Positions 14,829 to 29,968 of a stretch of 64,000 nucleotides of DNA are shown here, one piece after another (position 1 is the first letter of the stretch; every line of letters begins with the position of its first letter). Both the position numbers and the translations under genes were made by a program. The notes beneath the pieces were generated by a model. The model was not told where the DNA came from, searched no databases, and was given only the letters and a program-made list of their open reading frames with translations. The stretch is from Eledone cirrhosa (taxonomy: Eukaryota): contig OZ024754.1 of assembly GCA_964016885.1 (NCBI GenBank), positions 35,898,001 to 35,962,000 on the forward strand, read 5' to 3'.

Positions 14829-17112
14829 CATACATACACACGTACATACGTACATATAGAGTCAACAGTCGCATATTTTGGCGTGGGAGACTATTAAATT
14901 TAAGATGAATACTATCTCCAACAGTAATGCCACAACTACAGTAATGTTGAATAACTGGTTATTCTTCTAACTATATCTTCTGAAGATACCTTTTATTCGA
15001 ATTCGTAGAGATATCCGACTAAATACATAATTCATTTTACAAGGATTTGCTACAAACAGTATGGCTGAACACAACATCAACAACAAAATTAAGGAAGTAT
15101 CGAAGACAAACAACAAGAAAGGTAAACAAACTTTATTCAGTTGTAGCTACAGAAGAAACCGAAGTTATAAATCGCATTTCTCTTGGAGTTGCGAACTTAA
15201 TAATGATTTATTTAATTGTTATAAAATAGCAAAAAACAATCCCTCCATTGGCTATACAAGTACAATCCATTAATGGAACAGTAAAAAATATGTAAAACAT
15301 TCCAAAAATGTTGCATTTAATAACTGCATATACACATGTACAGATACAAAGCATATACACATGCACACATACAACTCAAAACATCCACATCCACACATAC
15401 AATAACATCCATGCATACATACATAATCTACCTAGTTGATGTTGTGTAAATTCCAATGAGAGAGTCTTGTGTCTATGTTAGAAACCGACTCTCTCTCTAT
15501 TGGTAAAACTTTGTGAAATTATAAAATCAGAAGAACACACATACATATATAAATACATGCATACATACATACATAAATACATACATACATACATACATAC
15601 ATACATACATACATACATACATACATACATACATACATACATACATACATACATACATTCTCCAAAACATCTTACTAATATGCATGCATGTTTTTTCTCA
15701 CTTTTTTTCCCCGCTCCTTCCTCTCCTAATTCTATATCTTTCTATTTGATCGTGTATTCCTCATTCTATTTTATGATGAAGGGTTAGTATCCGAAACGTA
15801 AAGACTCTTTACCTATCCTACTATATCAAGCGTTAAACTAATATATTTCTTCACTGAACTGTGACGTTTGCTTTGTTATTTCTGTTAATGCTTGCATATA
15901 ACGTATATATATATATATAACGCACCAGAGTACTCAATACTTGGGGTAGTAGAGTGGGTAATATGAAAAGAGTTAGGACCCCGACGGCTGAGCTCCGACC
16001 CTTTCGACAGCTAGATCCGAATTGTCGATGAGGATGATGATAATGATGATGATGATGATGTTGATGATGATAATGGTGATGATAATGATGATGGTGATGA
16101 TGATGATAATGGTGATGATGGGGATGCTGTTGATGATAATGATTATGAGGATGATGATGATGATAAGTGTGAAGAAGAAGAAGAAGATGATGACGATGAT
16201 GATGATGATCAATCATCATCATCATCGTCGTCATCATCACCATGACAATAATGACAACGTTGGTGTTGCCGCCGTCGGCGTCGTTGTCGTTAGTTGCCAA
16301 TAACGTCGTTGTTAATATGGCAGCCATCGTTATCGTTATTGTTATTGTAGTTGTTGTTGTAGTTGTTGTTGTTGTTGTAGTTGTAGTTGTAGTTGTTGTT
16401 GTTGTTGTAGTTGTTGTTATTGTTGTTGTAGTTGTAGTTGTTGTTGTAGTTGTTGTTGTAGTTGTTATTATAGTTGTTATTGTTATTGTTGTTGTTATTA
16501 TAGTTGTTGTTGTTATTGTTGTTGTTATTGTAGTTGTTGTTGTAGTTGTTGTTGTAGTTGTTGTTGTTATTGTAGTTGTTATTGTAGTTGTTATTGTAGT
16601 TGTTATTGTAGTTGTTATTGTATTTGTTATTGTAGTTGTTATTGTATTTGTTATTGTAGTTGTTGTTGTAGTTGTTGTTGTAGTTGTTGTTGTATTTGTT
16701 GTTGTAGTTGTTGTTGTTATTGTAGTTGTTATTGTAGTTGTTGTATTTGTAGTTGTTATTGTAGTTGTTATTGTAGTTGTTATTGTAGTTGTTATTGTAT
16801 TTGTTATTGTAGTTGTTGTTATTGTCAGAAATATTATATAGGCTTTCTTCCGGAAACGACACAGCGGACTCAAGTTTTGGTTGAAATGCTTCCAACAATA
16901 TGAGGGAGACTCGGCTACAGTGGAGTTGCTAAGCTGGCCATTTCAAGAGGAGGGTGTTGAAGTAATATCAATTATTGGACACAATGAATAAGAGTAAGAA
17001 GCACTGCTAGGGGTTCAATTCGAATCCGGCGACGCGCATGCGGCGTAATAGACTAATCCAATCGGCCATTTTTTATTTCATATGTTTATTTATTTAAGTG
17101 TGTACGTATATG

Positions 17113-17145
<33 letters not shown>

Positions 17146-17312
17146 ATAAATATATATATATATACACATAAATAAATATATATACATATATATATAATAT
17201 ATATACACAAATAAATATATATACATAAATAAATAAATATATATATATATACATAAATAAATATATATATATATATATATATACATATATATATACACAC
17301 ACACTCACACAC

Positions 17313-17343
<31 letters not shown>

Positions 17344-17479
17344 TACATACATATATATACATATATATATATATAGGTATAAACACATATATATATACAT
17401 ACATATATATATATGTATGTATATGTATATATATATATACATAAATAAATAAATATATATATATATACATAAATAAATA

Positions 17480-17511
<32 letters not shown>

Positions 17512-17606
17512 CACACACACACACATATATATATGTATATACACACGCACATATACATATATATACATATATATATAGGTATAAACACACATATATATAT
17601 ATACAT

Positions 17607-17723
<117 letters not shown>

Positions 17724-17727
17724 CATA

Positions 17728-17823
<96 letters not shown>

Positions 17824-18383
17824 TATTATGTATACACAAACAGATGTCTTTGTTCTTTTCTTTCTTTCGTTCTTCTTTTCCTTTTTCTACTTTCACTTTC
17901 TAGGAGAGGTAACCATGGCAGCCGTAACATTGACAGAAACAACAACAACAACAACAACAACAACGACAAGGAGAACAATTATTAGTATTGTTATTGTTAT
18001 AATTATAGGATGATGATGATGATGATGATGGTGGTGACGATGATGGCGGTGGGGATGATGGTGACGATGATGATGATGCTAGTGATGGTGATGATGATGG
18101 TGATGATGCTGGTGATAGTGATGATAATCATGATGATGATGGTGATGATGATGATGGTGATTATGGTGTGGATGATGATGATGACGATGATGGCGAAGAT
18201 GATGCCGAAGATGATGATGATGATGATGATGAGAATGATTCCTCAATTAGGCATGAAGCCTCAGAATTTATGGAAGATGGAAGACAGTGAGAGGGGGGGG
18301 GGGTAAGAGATAAATAGGGGGGGGGGATCAGAGAGAGAGAGAGAGAGAGAGAGAATCAGAGAGATAGATAGAGAGATAGATAG

Positions 18384-18458
<75 letters not shown>

Positions 18459-18483
18459 GAGAATCAGAGAGATAGATAGACAG

Positions 18484-18589
<106 letters not shown>

Positions 18590-18800
18590 ACAGACAGACA
18601 GAAAGACAGACAGCAAATCAACAAAAAAGTGAAAACTTTTATCCAACATAAACAACTCATTAAACTGTGGTTGTTTTTGTTGTTGTTGTCTTCTCACAAA
18701 TTTACTTCTTCTTGTGCCTCCCCCTCCAACCTTACGTGTTATTAATGTTGTTATTGTTGTTGTTGTTGTTGTTATCCATCCTTACAAGATGGCTCAAGTC

Positions 18801-18834
<34 letters not shown>

Positions 18835-18981
18835 AAAACAATAGCAAAGAAAAAAAAAAGAGCAGCAACATCAATACTATTAACAACAACAATAACAAGA
18901 TAATGAGTAACAATAACAACAACAACAACAACAACAACAACAGCAACAACAACAACAAGGACAGCAAGATCAAGAATAACA

Positions 18982-19012
<31 letters not shown>

Positions 19013-19368
19013 CAACAACAACAAAAATAGCCACTACAACACCACACCACTACCACCATAATAATTGTTTCTACTTTTGGCACAAGTCCAGAAATTACCC
19101 AGTACATTACTGGTATAATAATATTTCATATATATATAGGTATATATGTATATATATATATAACAAAGGAATTGTGGTAAGGAACCAGATGGACCATAAC
19201 GCACCAGAGTACTCAATACTTAGGGTAGTAGAGTGGGTAATAGGAAAAGATATGACCCCGACGGCAGAGCAGAGCTCAAGCCGTTTTTATGACTATTTCG
19301 GTCCAAAATACCCGTCGAAACGGCTTGGTCTCTGTCGTCGGGGTCATACCTTTTCCTATATATATATC

Positions 19369-19457
<89 letters not shown>

Positions 19458-19500
19458 TGATATTAAATAAATGGAAACTATATTTATAAAACCATATTTA

Positions 19501-19559
19501 TTCTATTATATATGTTTCAAAGGTACCAAAACTTTGGTACGCTTTCATCAGATAAAATA
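19501..19559 (-). ncRNA. Type I hammerhead ribozyme motif
   Basis: UAUUUUAU-CUGAUGA-(GUACCAAA GU UUUGGUAC)-GAAA-CAUAUA-UA-AUAGAA; one stem III mismatch. Confidence 0.68.
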
Positions 19560-19896
19560 CGAAGTGTGTTTTATAAATGTTGACATAACCAAGGAAAATA
19601 CCTTAACGGTTCAAGTTTTCCTATATATATGTGTGTGTGTGTGTATATATGTTAATACCTTAACGGTTCAAGTTTTCCTATATATGTGTGTGTATATATA
19701 TGTAGAAAAGGTAAAGGAAAGAAGAGTGCTCTATGTAATGTACAGAGCTATTTAATTACATAATATAATTATTCCATTACCAAAGGTTTCAGGAAACTAG
19801 ACGATGTTTTCAGAAACGTCCAGCTCGTTTATCAGAAGAAATACTTATGTTTTGGATATAAGATTTGAAATTATTATCTATTAAAAATATTCACAC

Positions 19897-20215
19897 TTTG
19901 TTTGTCATGAGAGTGGCCAAATATGTTTGTCAAACGTAGGCCTCCTAAGCCACTTCAGGAGTCACATAGACAACCCACCAACAGATCATGTTGGTTTCGT
20001 TATTGCAGACCCGCTCACCTGTGATGTATGCGGCAAAATCTGCAAGAACCGCCGATTATCTTCCACATTAGAGGCCTAACCATTAAGAGCGAAAACACGG
20101 ATTTAGTTTGCAAGTCTTTGCGGCAAACTCTATAAGTCTCTCGTCGGCTTGTGTCAGATGCTGTGATCCCGGGTGGCCCAGCAGTACCGTTGGTAAGGGG
20201 CAAAACTGCCAAAGT
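19897..20215 (+). pseudogene. Decayed tandem C2H2 zinc fingers, probably the C-terminus of an RTE-type LINE
   Basis: Hand translation gives FVCHESGQICLSNVGLLSHFRSH, TCDVCGKICKN and CGKLYKSLVGL with frameshifts. Confidence 0.55.
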
Positions 20216-20335
20216 CCACTTCAACGGCTGATGACCTTCGCTTGTATTTTCATATTAAAAAAATATATTTTAAGGTTTCCCCTTAAAAAATTGTTGTTCG
20301 TTCGCTGTCTTGCCCTCTTTTTGTTATTTTTCTTA

Positions 20336-20375
<40 letters not shown>

Positions 20376-20645
20376 TATATTTAGAGTTAAAAACTCAAAC
20401 AGTCCTTTACAATTAATTAGCTCAAACAAATTCAAATTCAAATTCAAATTTGTCTGCGGAACGGGTTTGGATTTTAAAATTTAAATTTGTCCAGGTATCA
20501 CGGCTATTTGCCAATATGGGTTTGTTTTTATTGATTTATTATTTTAAATCGAGACAGGCAAACTATATATATTTATTTGAATTAGTTTATTTCATTCTAG
20601 CTAACTTCGTCTTTTACAATACAAACACTTATGTGTTTTCATATA

Positions 20646-20722
<77 letters not shown>

Positions 20723-20918
20723 CGAAGGAAATGTGGTAAGGAACCAGGTGGACCATAACGCACCAAAGTACTCAATACTTGAGGTAGTAGAGTGGGTAAT
20801 AGGAACCAGTAAGACCCCGACAGCTGAGCTCAAGCCGTTTCGACGGCTAATTCTGGACTCAGTCCAGAATTAGCCGTCGAAACGGCTTGAGCTCAGCTGT
20901 CGGGGTCTTACTGGTTCC

Positions 20919-20949
<31 letters not shown>

Positions 20950-21194
20950 GATGGACTCTCCCGTCGATATCCAACGCATGAGTGTCCAACAAAAGTTCAG
21001 CTTTCTGGATGGCAGTGTCCCATGTGACATTTCAATCCCGCCAATGACCGACAGACCAAGCCACATAGGTAAAGCTATCGAGACGTGTTTATGAATGCGC
21101 ATGCACAGGTACGTGTGTTCGTATGTATGAGCACGCGCCCGTATGTGTAAGTGAGTGTGTGTGTGTGTTTGTAAGTGAGTGTGTGTGTGTTTGT

Positions 21195-21281
<87 letters not shown>

Positions 21282-21753
21282 CTCACACATACGTTCGTAG
21301 TTGCACATATGAAAATCTTACGATTCCTCTTCAATTTTATCAATACTGGTGATTGTTGATGGTGGCGTTGGTGTTGGTGTTAGTGAAGGTGGTGGTGTTG
21401 GTGGTGGCGTTGGTGTTGGTGTTGGTGCTGATGGTAGTGGTGGATGAAGAGGTGGTGGTGGTTGTGTTGGTAGTGATGGAGGTTATGGTAGTGATTGGGG
21501 TGAGGTTTGAGGTTACTAGAGTGGTGGTGCTGGAGATCGAGGTGGTGATTGGGCTGATGGTGGAGATGGAAATGGAGGTGTTGGTATTGTTGGTGGTGAT
21601 GGAGGTGGTAACAGTGTCGGTAGTGGCGGGCGGGGCTGTGTCTAGGACAGAATGGAAGGTTATCGTTAGATAAGGGGTGTGGCGGTTGAATGGAGCGTCG
21701 GGTATATTTCTAGAGTGATTGATGGTATTGTCATTAGAGACAAAAACGATATA

Positions 21754-21831
<78 letters not shown>

Positions 21832-22222
21832 AGAAAGCTGCTATTAGAAGAAAACAAAAAAAAAACTAACAAGAGATTTCTGACATCCCTAAACATCTAC
21901 GATCGTAACGAAACTGAAAATATTACCTTCGTCACAATTACCCTTATCAACAACCAACACCAACACCACCAACACCTCCACTACCACCAATATTACTACC
22001 ACCAACACCAACACCACTACCAACATTACTACCACCAACACTAGTACTACTATCACCACCATCACCACCACCACCAACACTACCAACACCACCAACACCA
22101 CCAACCTTACTACTACCACCAAGAATATTACCATCACCACCAACATTACTACCACCACTACCACCACTACTACTTTCCGTCTTCTCTTAACTATTCTCCT
22201 GGGCGAAGCCGGGTACCTCACC

Positions 22223-22280
<58 letters not shown>

Positions 22281-22567
22281 TGTGGGATGCTTAAAGCGTC
22301 CGTATGCGGTAGGCCGTTTGAGCACTCAGAGCAGAGTATAATATCCCCACTGATTCTCCGTTTCTATATATATAGGAAAATGTTTGACCCCCGACTGCAG
22401 AGCTCAAGCTGTTTCGACGGCTATTTCTTGACTCCAGAAATAGTCGTCGAAACGGCTTGAGCTCTGCCGTCGGGGTCAAACATTTTCCTATTACCCACTC
22501 TACTACCCTAAGTATTGAGTACTCTGGTGCGTTATGGTCCATCTGGTTCCTTACCACACCTCCTTCG

Positions 22568-22609
<42 letters not shown>

Positions 22610-22744
22610 TCCAGAATTAGCCGTCGAAAGGGCTTGAGCTCAGCCGTCGGGGTCCTACTCGTTCCTATTACCCACTCTACTACCCTAAGTATTGAGTACT
22701 TTGGCGCGTTATGGTCCATCTGGTTCCTTAGCACACCTCCTTCG

Positions 22745-22876
<132 letters not shown>

Positions 22877-23452
22877 GACGTAAAGTAAGAAAATTTTAAA
22901 AATTAAAAATTAACTTACTTACTAAAATTTTCACTCTACCGTAACTATAGAGAATTCCTTACGTCATCTGGGAGTTGATTCTCAGCTAAGTTCCCAGTCA
23001 ATGCGCGGACACTAGGAACCCATATACAAATAATATATATATATAAACGTTTGGAGTTAGAAGGCCAGAACAATGCAGGTATGGATATAGAATATAAATA
23101 CAAATGCAAAAGATATTGCTGACAATTAGTCTTTTACCTTAAATTTATTTGAATATTCAAATAAATTTAGTATAATACCAGTTTCTTACTAAATGCCAAG
23201 GAGCGCAATATATTAACCACTTAAAGAAGAAAACAAAGCATAAATGTTGTGTCTTTTTAAAATCAATTGATAACCAAAATATATATCTTGCAATTCGAAC
23301 ACATGTATGTTTATATTTGTGTTTATCTCTCTTGTATATTCAATTATATAAAGAACAATGACAAATGCAAAGAATTAAACTCCCGTCCTACGTAAAATAT
23401 CATTTTGTTGTCACGCGAAGTAAATATGATAAGTGTATTGCGTATTATGTAA

Positions 23453-23630
23453 TAATTGTTTCTAGTTTTAGCACAAGACCAGCAATTACCCAGTACATTA
23501 CTGGTACTTTATTTTAGCGACCCCGTAAGGATGAGAGGGAAAGTTAACCTCGGCGGGATTTGAACTCAGATCGTAAAGGGACGTAACTATGCTGGAAAGC
23601 ATGGCGTTCGACCCTCTACCAATACTGCCA
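23453..23630 (-). mobile_element. SINE family A
   Basis: Matches the consensus. Confidence 0.87.
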
Positions 23631-23734
23631 TAATAATAGTAAACGGACACGAAACAATTGGGCGCCATCTTGAATCCATCCTAACTTATGATGGTATTGC
23701 ATTAAATTCTACCAGTCTGGTATTAAATGCTCTC

Positions 23735-25405
23735 GTGGTGATAATGTTGTTGTTGATGATGGTGACGATGGTGGTGGTGGTGGTGGTGATGATGATGGTG
23801 ATGATGGTGATGATGATGATGGTGGTGATGGTGGTGGTGGTGGTGGTGATAATGATGATGGTGGTGATGATGGTGGTGATGGTGATGATGATGATGGTGG
23901 TGATGATGGTGGTGATGGTGGTGGTGATGGTGGTGGTGATGATGATGGTGATGGTGATGGTGGTGATGATGGTGGTGGTGATGGTGGTGATGGTGATGAT
24001 GATGGTGGTGATGGTGGTGGTGGTGGTGATGATAATGATGATGGTGGTGATGATGGTGGTGATGGTGGTGGTGATGGTGGTGGTGGTGATGATGGTGGTG
24101 ATGATGGTGGTGGTGATGATGGTGGTGATGATGGTGGTGATGGTGGTGGTGGTGATGATGGTGGTGATGATGGTGGTGATGGTGGTGGTGGTGATGATGA
24201 TGATGATGATGGTGATGATGATGGTGGTGATGGTGGTGGTGATGGTGGTGGTGATGGTGGTGGTGATGATGAGGATGATGATTAAGATGATGATGATGAT
24301 TTTGATGCTGACTGAGGCCTCATTTATTCCTCCTCTTCATCATCATCATCACGCGCATAGTCATTCTCCTCCTCATCACCATGAACATCATCATCATCGT
24401 TATCAACCTCCTCCTCCTTCATCATTACCACCACCACCATCCTCATCATCACCACCATCATCATCATCACCATCATCATCACCATCACCATCACCATCAT
24501 CACCATCATCACCACCACCACCACCACCACCACCACCATCATCACCACCACCACTATCACCACCGCCACCACCACCACCACCACCACCACCACCATCACC
24601 ACCACCACCACCACCACCACCATCACCACCACCACCATCATCACCACCACCACCACCACCACCTGACCACCACCACCACCACCACCACCACCACCACCAC
24701 CACCACCACCATCACCACCTGACCACCACCACCACCACCACCACCACCACCACCACCACCACCACCACCACAACCACCACCACCACCACCACCACCACCT
24801 GACCACCACCACCACCACCATCACCACCACCACCGCCACCACCACCACCACCATCACCACCTGACCACCACCACCACCACCACCACCACCACCATCACCA
24901 CCACCACCATCACCACCACCACCACCACCACCACCACCACCACAACCACCACCACCATCACCACCACCACCACCACCACCACCACCACCTGACCACCACC
25001 ACCACCACCATCACCACCACCACCACCACCACCACCACCACCATCACCACCACCACCCCCATCACCACCACCACTACCAGCACCAGCACCACCACCACCA
25101 TCACCACCACCACCACCACCACCACCACCACCACCACCACCACCACCACAACCACCACCACCATCACCACCACCACCACCACCAGCACCACGACCACCAC
25201 CACCACCATCACCACCACCACCGCCACCACCACCACCGCCACCATCACCACCTCCACCACCACCACCCCCATCACCACCACCACTACCAGCACCAGCACC
25301 ACCACCACCTTCACCACCACCACCACCACCACCACCACCACCACAACCACCACCACCATCACCACCAGCACCACCACCACCACCACCATCACCACCACCA
25401 CCACC

Positions 25406-25436
<31 letters not shown>

Positions 25437-25547
25437 CCACCTGACCACCACCACCACCACTACCACCACCACCACCACCACCACCACCACCATCACCACC
25501 TGACCACCACCACCACCACCACCACCACCATCACCACCACCACCACC

Positions 25548-25578
<31 letters not shown>

Positions 25579-25941
25579 CCACCACCACCACCACCACCAT
25601 CACCACCACCACCACCTGACCACCACCACCACCACTACCACCACCACCACCACCACCACCACCATCACCACCTGACCACCACCACCACCACCACCACCAC
25701 CACCACCATCACCACCACCACCACCACCACCACCACCACCACCATCACCACCACCACCACCACCACCCCCATCACCACCACCACTACCAGCACCAGCACC
25801 ACCACCACCATCACCACCACCACCACCACCACCACCACCACCACCACCACCACCACCACCACCACAACCACCACCACCATCACCACCACCACCACCACCA
25901 CCAGCACCACCACCACCACCACCATCACCACCACCACCACC

Positions 25942-25972
<31 letters not shown>

Positions 25973-26270
25973 CCACCACCACCACCACCACCACCACCAC
26001 CACCATCACCACCACCACCACCACCACCACCACCACCACCACCACCACCACCACCACCACCTGACCACCACCACCACCACCACCACCACCACCACCACCA
26101 CCACCACCACCACCACCATCACCACCTGACCACCACCACCACAACCACCACCACCATCACCACCACCACCACTACCACCATCACCACCACCACCACCACC
26201 ACCACCACCACCACCACCACCACCACCACCACCACCACCACCACCACCACCACCAGCACCACCACCACCA
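23735..26270. repeat. (GAT/GGT)n followed by (CAC)n compound microsatellite
   Basis: Direct reading. Confidence 0.95.
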
Positions 26271-26656
26271 TGGCCATCACCGCCGTCGCCATCATTCCCT
26301 GTCTGGTCACCGTCTATTAATTTTTAAGCTGACGACTAAATAACTCGTTTCATTAAACAAGGCGCGTTCTAATGAAAGCAGCCGCCATCTTAACTAAGCT
26401 TGTACGTTATTGTAGAGCTGTGTGTGTGTTTGTATGTGAATTTATGTGTGTATGTGAATGTGAGTGAGTGTGTTTGTATGTGTGTGTCTGTGTCTGCCAT
26501 CGTGTGTGTGTGTGTGTAATTGTGTGTTCTGTGTGTTCTGTGTGTTGTGTTTATGTGTGTGATTATTTATATATTTTATATCACTTATGTGAGTATTTTA
26601 AATGTGTATGCATCTTTATATGTATATATACATATATGTGTATATATATATATATG

Positions 26657-26692
<36 letters not shown>

Positions 26693-26790
26693 AGAGAGAG
26701 AGAGAGATAAATGCATAGATTTATAACATACATGCATACTATATATATGTATTCATATATACACAGACATATACATACATATGTATATAA

Positions 26791-26870
<80 letters not shown>

Positions 26871-27628
26871 GTATATATATATATATGCGTATATATTAAT
26901 ATACATTAATCTATACAAAAAAGATACACGCATGTACATGGTGTACATGGTGTATGTGGTGTATGTGTGACTGTGGAATTGGGGGGTGCCTGTAAATCCA
27001 TATGTGTGGAAACGCATGTTCATGCGAATGGGAATGTGGTTGCGCCTGCGCAACTCTGCCCAAAATAATTGCCATCACTAAAGATATGTCGTTTGAAAAC
27101 ATTTCCACTTCCCCTAAATTATTTCTCGGCACCAAATCGAAAGAAAAAAAATTACAAAAAAATTACAAAAGAACAATAAAATAAAATAAAATAAAATAAA
27201 ATAAAATAAACAAAATAAAATAAAATAAATAAGGGAAAATATGAAAAACGGAATAAAAAATTATTTTCTAATGAAAAATCTAACAAAAAACAAACGAATA
27301 TAATAAAATAAATGAATTTGAAGCGAAATAAAGTATTTAAAAAAAATTATTGTAGAAAATGTTAAAGGAAATAAACGTAAAAGTTATTAAGATGAAGCAT
27401 AAAACTAGAGAGATAAAGAGGGAATTGTGTGTATGTGTGTTTGTGTGAGTGTGTGTGTGACTGTATGTGTGTATATGTGTGTGTATGTGTGTGTTTGTGT
27501 TTGTGTGTGTTTATGTGTGTGTGTTTGTGTATGTATGTGTATGTATGTGTGTTCCCGTGAGGGATAAATAGATATAGACAAAGAGCGGAGAGAGACATTG
27601 AGAGAGAGAGAGAGTGTGAGAGAGTGAG

Positions 27629-27709
<81 letters not shown>

Positions 27710-28132
27710 GTAAATAAATAGAGAAACAGGGAGTGCGAGAGTGATGAAGAGGTAGAAAGAGAAGGAATGGTACGACAAAATACAAGACAGATTAAAATCC
27801 CAACAAAAATTCTGGAAATCTCTAGAGTCGCTTAACATCAAAGTTCCGGTCACGTATTTTCCATTTTTTTGAAATTATTTAGTTTTTCCATTTCATTTCT
27901 TTATATATATTATTATCATCATTACTATTATCATCTCTATTATCATTATTATTATTATTATTATTATTATTACTAGTATTGTTGTTGTTGTTGTTATTTT
28001 GAATGAACAAAGGAATCTCTATGTCGGTGGGGGGTTTTTGTTTTACTTTGTTTTTATAGATTGAAATTAAATCTATTTATTATAAGAAGTATTTCTCCCC
28101 CTGACCGAGACTTTCTCCAAGTCTCACAGTCA

Positions 28133-28203
<71 letters not shown>

Positions 28204-28377
28204 GTAATAAAAATATGGTAAATAAAAAGATATTTAAAAAAACAACAGGAAATTATCGAATGAGCGACAAAGATATTGTCAAAATATAAAATAAACAAAA
28301 ATAACAAAATGGAAACTAACAAAGAATTTATGAGAGAAATACAAGTAACATGAAAATATGAGAGAGAGAGTGTGAGC

Positions 28378-28414
<37 letters not shown>

Positions 28415-28510
28415 TTTATGTATGTAAAAGGTAAACAGAAATAACAACACAATCAGTACAGTATATGGAAGGTATATATTAGGTTAACGCTTGAAATAAC
28501 AGGAAGAGAG

Positions 28511-28546
28511 TCTTAACGTTTCGGACGCTAGTCCTTCATCAGAAGA
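28511..28546 (-). ncRNA. Minimal type I hammerhead motif
   Basis: UCUU-CUGAUGA-A-GGAC UAGC GUCC-GAAACGUU-AAGA; palindromic AACGUU replaces stem III. Confidence 0.78.
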
Positions 28547-28728
28547 AAGAATGAGAAATAAGATAGATTGAGGGGACAGGCGAGTTGGAATTGGAAAAAA
28601 GGTCCATTCATGTTGACATCTCTTGGAAATATATGCCGATATTGAAATTAAGACGTCAACATCTTGTTTTTTGGTTCCGTTCTTCCACAGTAATACACTG
28701 TCTGTGTACCTGATGTATGCCCTTTCTT

Positions 28729-28825
<97 letters not shown>

Positions 28826-29088
28826 GATATTAAACAAATGGAAACTATATTTATAAAACCATATTTATTTCATTATATATATTTCAGGGATATCATATTA
28901 AAAATATGGTATGCCTTCTTCAGACAATATGATATCCCTGAAATATATATAATGAAATAAATATGGTTTTATAAATATAGTTTCCATTTGTTTAATATCG
29001 TAAACCTACTCCAAAATCTGTTGAGTGCTTTTATACCAGTTATAAAATTATTTACTCGTTGTAACCCAACAATTTTAAATATAACTTT

Positions 29089-29145
<57 letters not shown>

Positions 29146-29307
29146 ATATATCATCTACTTTTCTAAAAAAACAAATCATACACAAAACGCCAGCACCAAC
29201 AGTTTGGCAAGAGATGTCAACATGAATGGATCTATTATTTTTATCTAAAGACATTTTTTCCAATTCCATCCATCCCGTCCCCTTAATCTATTTTATTTTT
29301 CATTCTT

Positions 29308-29343
29308 TCTTCTGATGAAGTACTTGCGTCCGAAACGTTAAGA
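29308..29343 (+). ncRNA. Minimal type I hammerhead motif, inverted partner of 28511-28546
   Basis: UCUU-CUGAUGA-AGUACUUGCGUCC-GAAACGUU-AAGA. Confidence 0.7.
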
Positions 29344-29781
29344 CCCTCTTTCTGCGATATCAAGCGTTAACCTAATATATACTTTCCATATACTGTACCG
29401 ATTGTGTTGTTATTTCTGTTTACCTTTTACATATATATATATATATAAATATAGATATATATATATAGATAAATCTACCAAAATATACGGTAGTGTCCAA
29501 TCCGTATGAAGAACTCAATGTAATCCAAATATCATGAAAAGAGATGTATTCAAACATTTTTTCGATGAAAATCACAGGAAAACAGAGTCAAGATAAATTA
29601 ATAAAAACAATGAATAAAAACAAAGAAACAGTTCCTTATATTAAAAAATTCATCATTTTACGATCGTTTCTAGGATATATATGTGTGTGTTGGTATGTAT
29701 ATCATATAGATCTATGTAAAACTTTTACAAACTATCAGAGGGAATATACATACCTACACATATATATGCTGTCTTCAGAAA

Positions 29782-29962
29782 TAATTGTTTCTACTTTTGG
29801 CACAAGGCCAGCAAATACCCAGTACATTACTGGTACTTTATTTTATCGACCCCATGAGGATGAAAGGCAAAGTTGACCTCGACGGGGTTTGAACTTAGAC
29901 CATAAAGGGACGTAACTATGCTAGAAAGCATGACGTCTAACCCTCTACCGATACTGCCAATT
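29782..29962 (-). mobile_element. SINE family A
   Basis: Matches the consensus. Confidence 0.87.
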
Positions 29963-29968
29963 CACATA

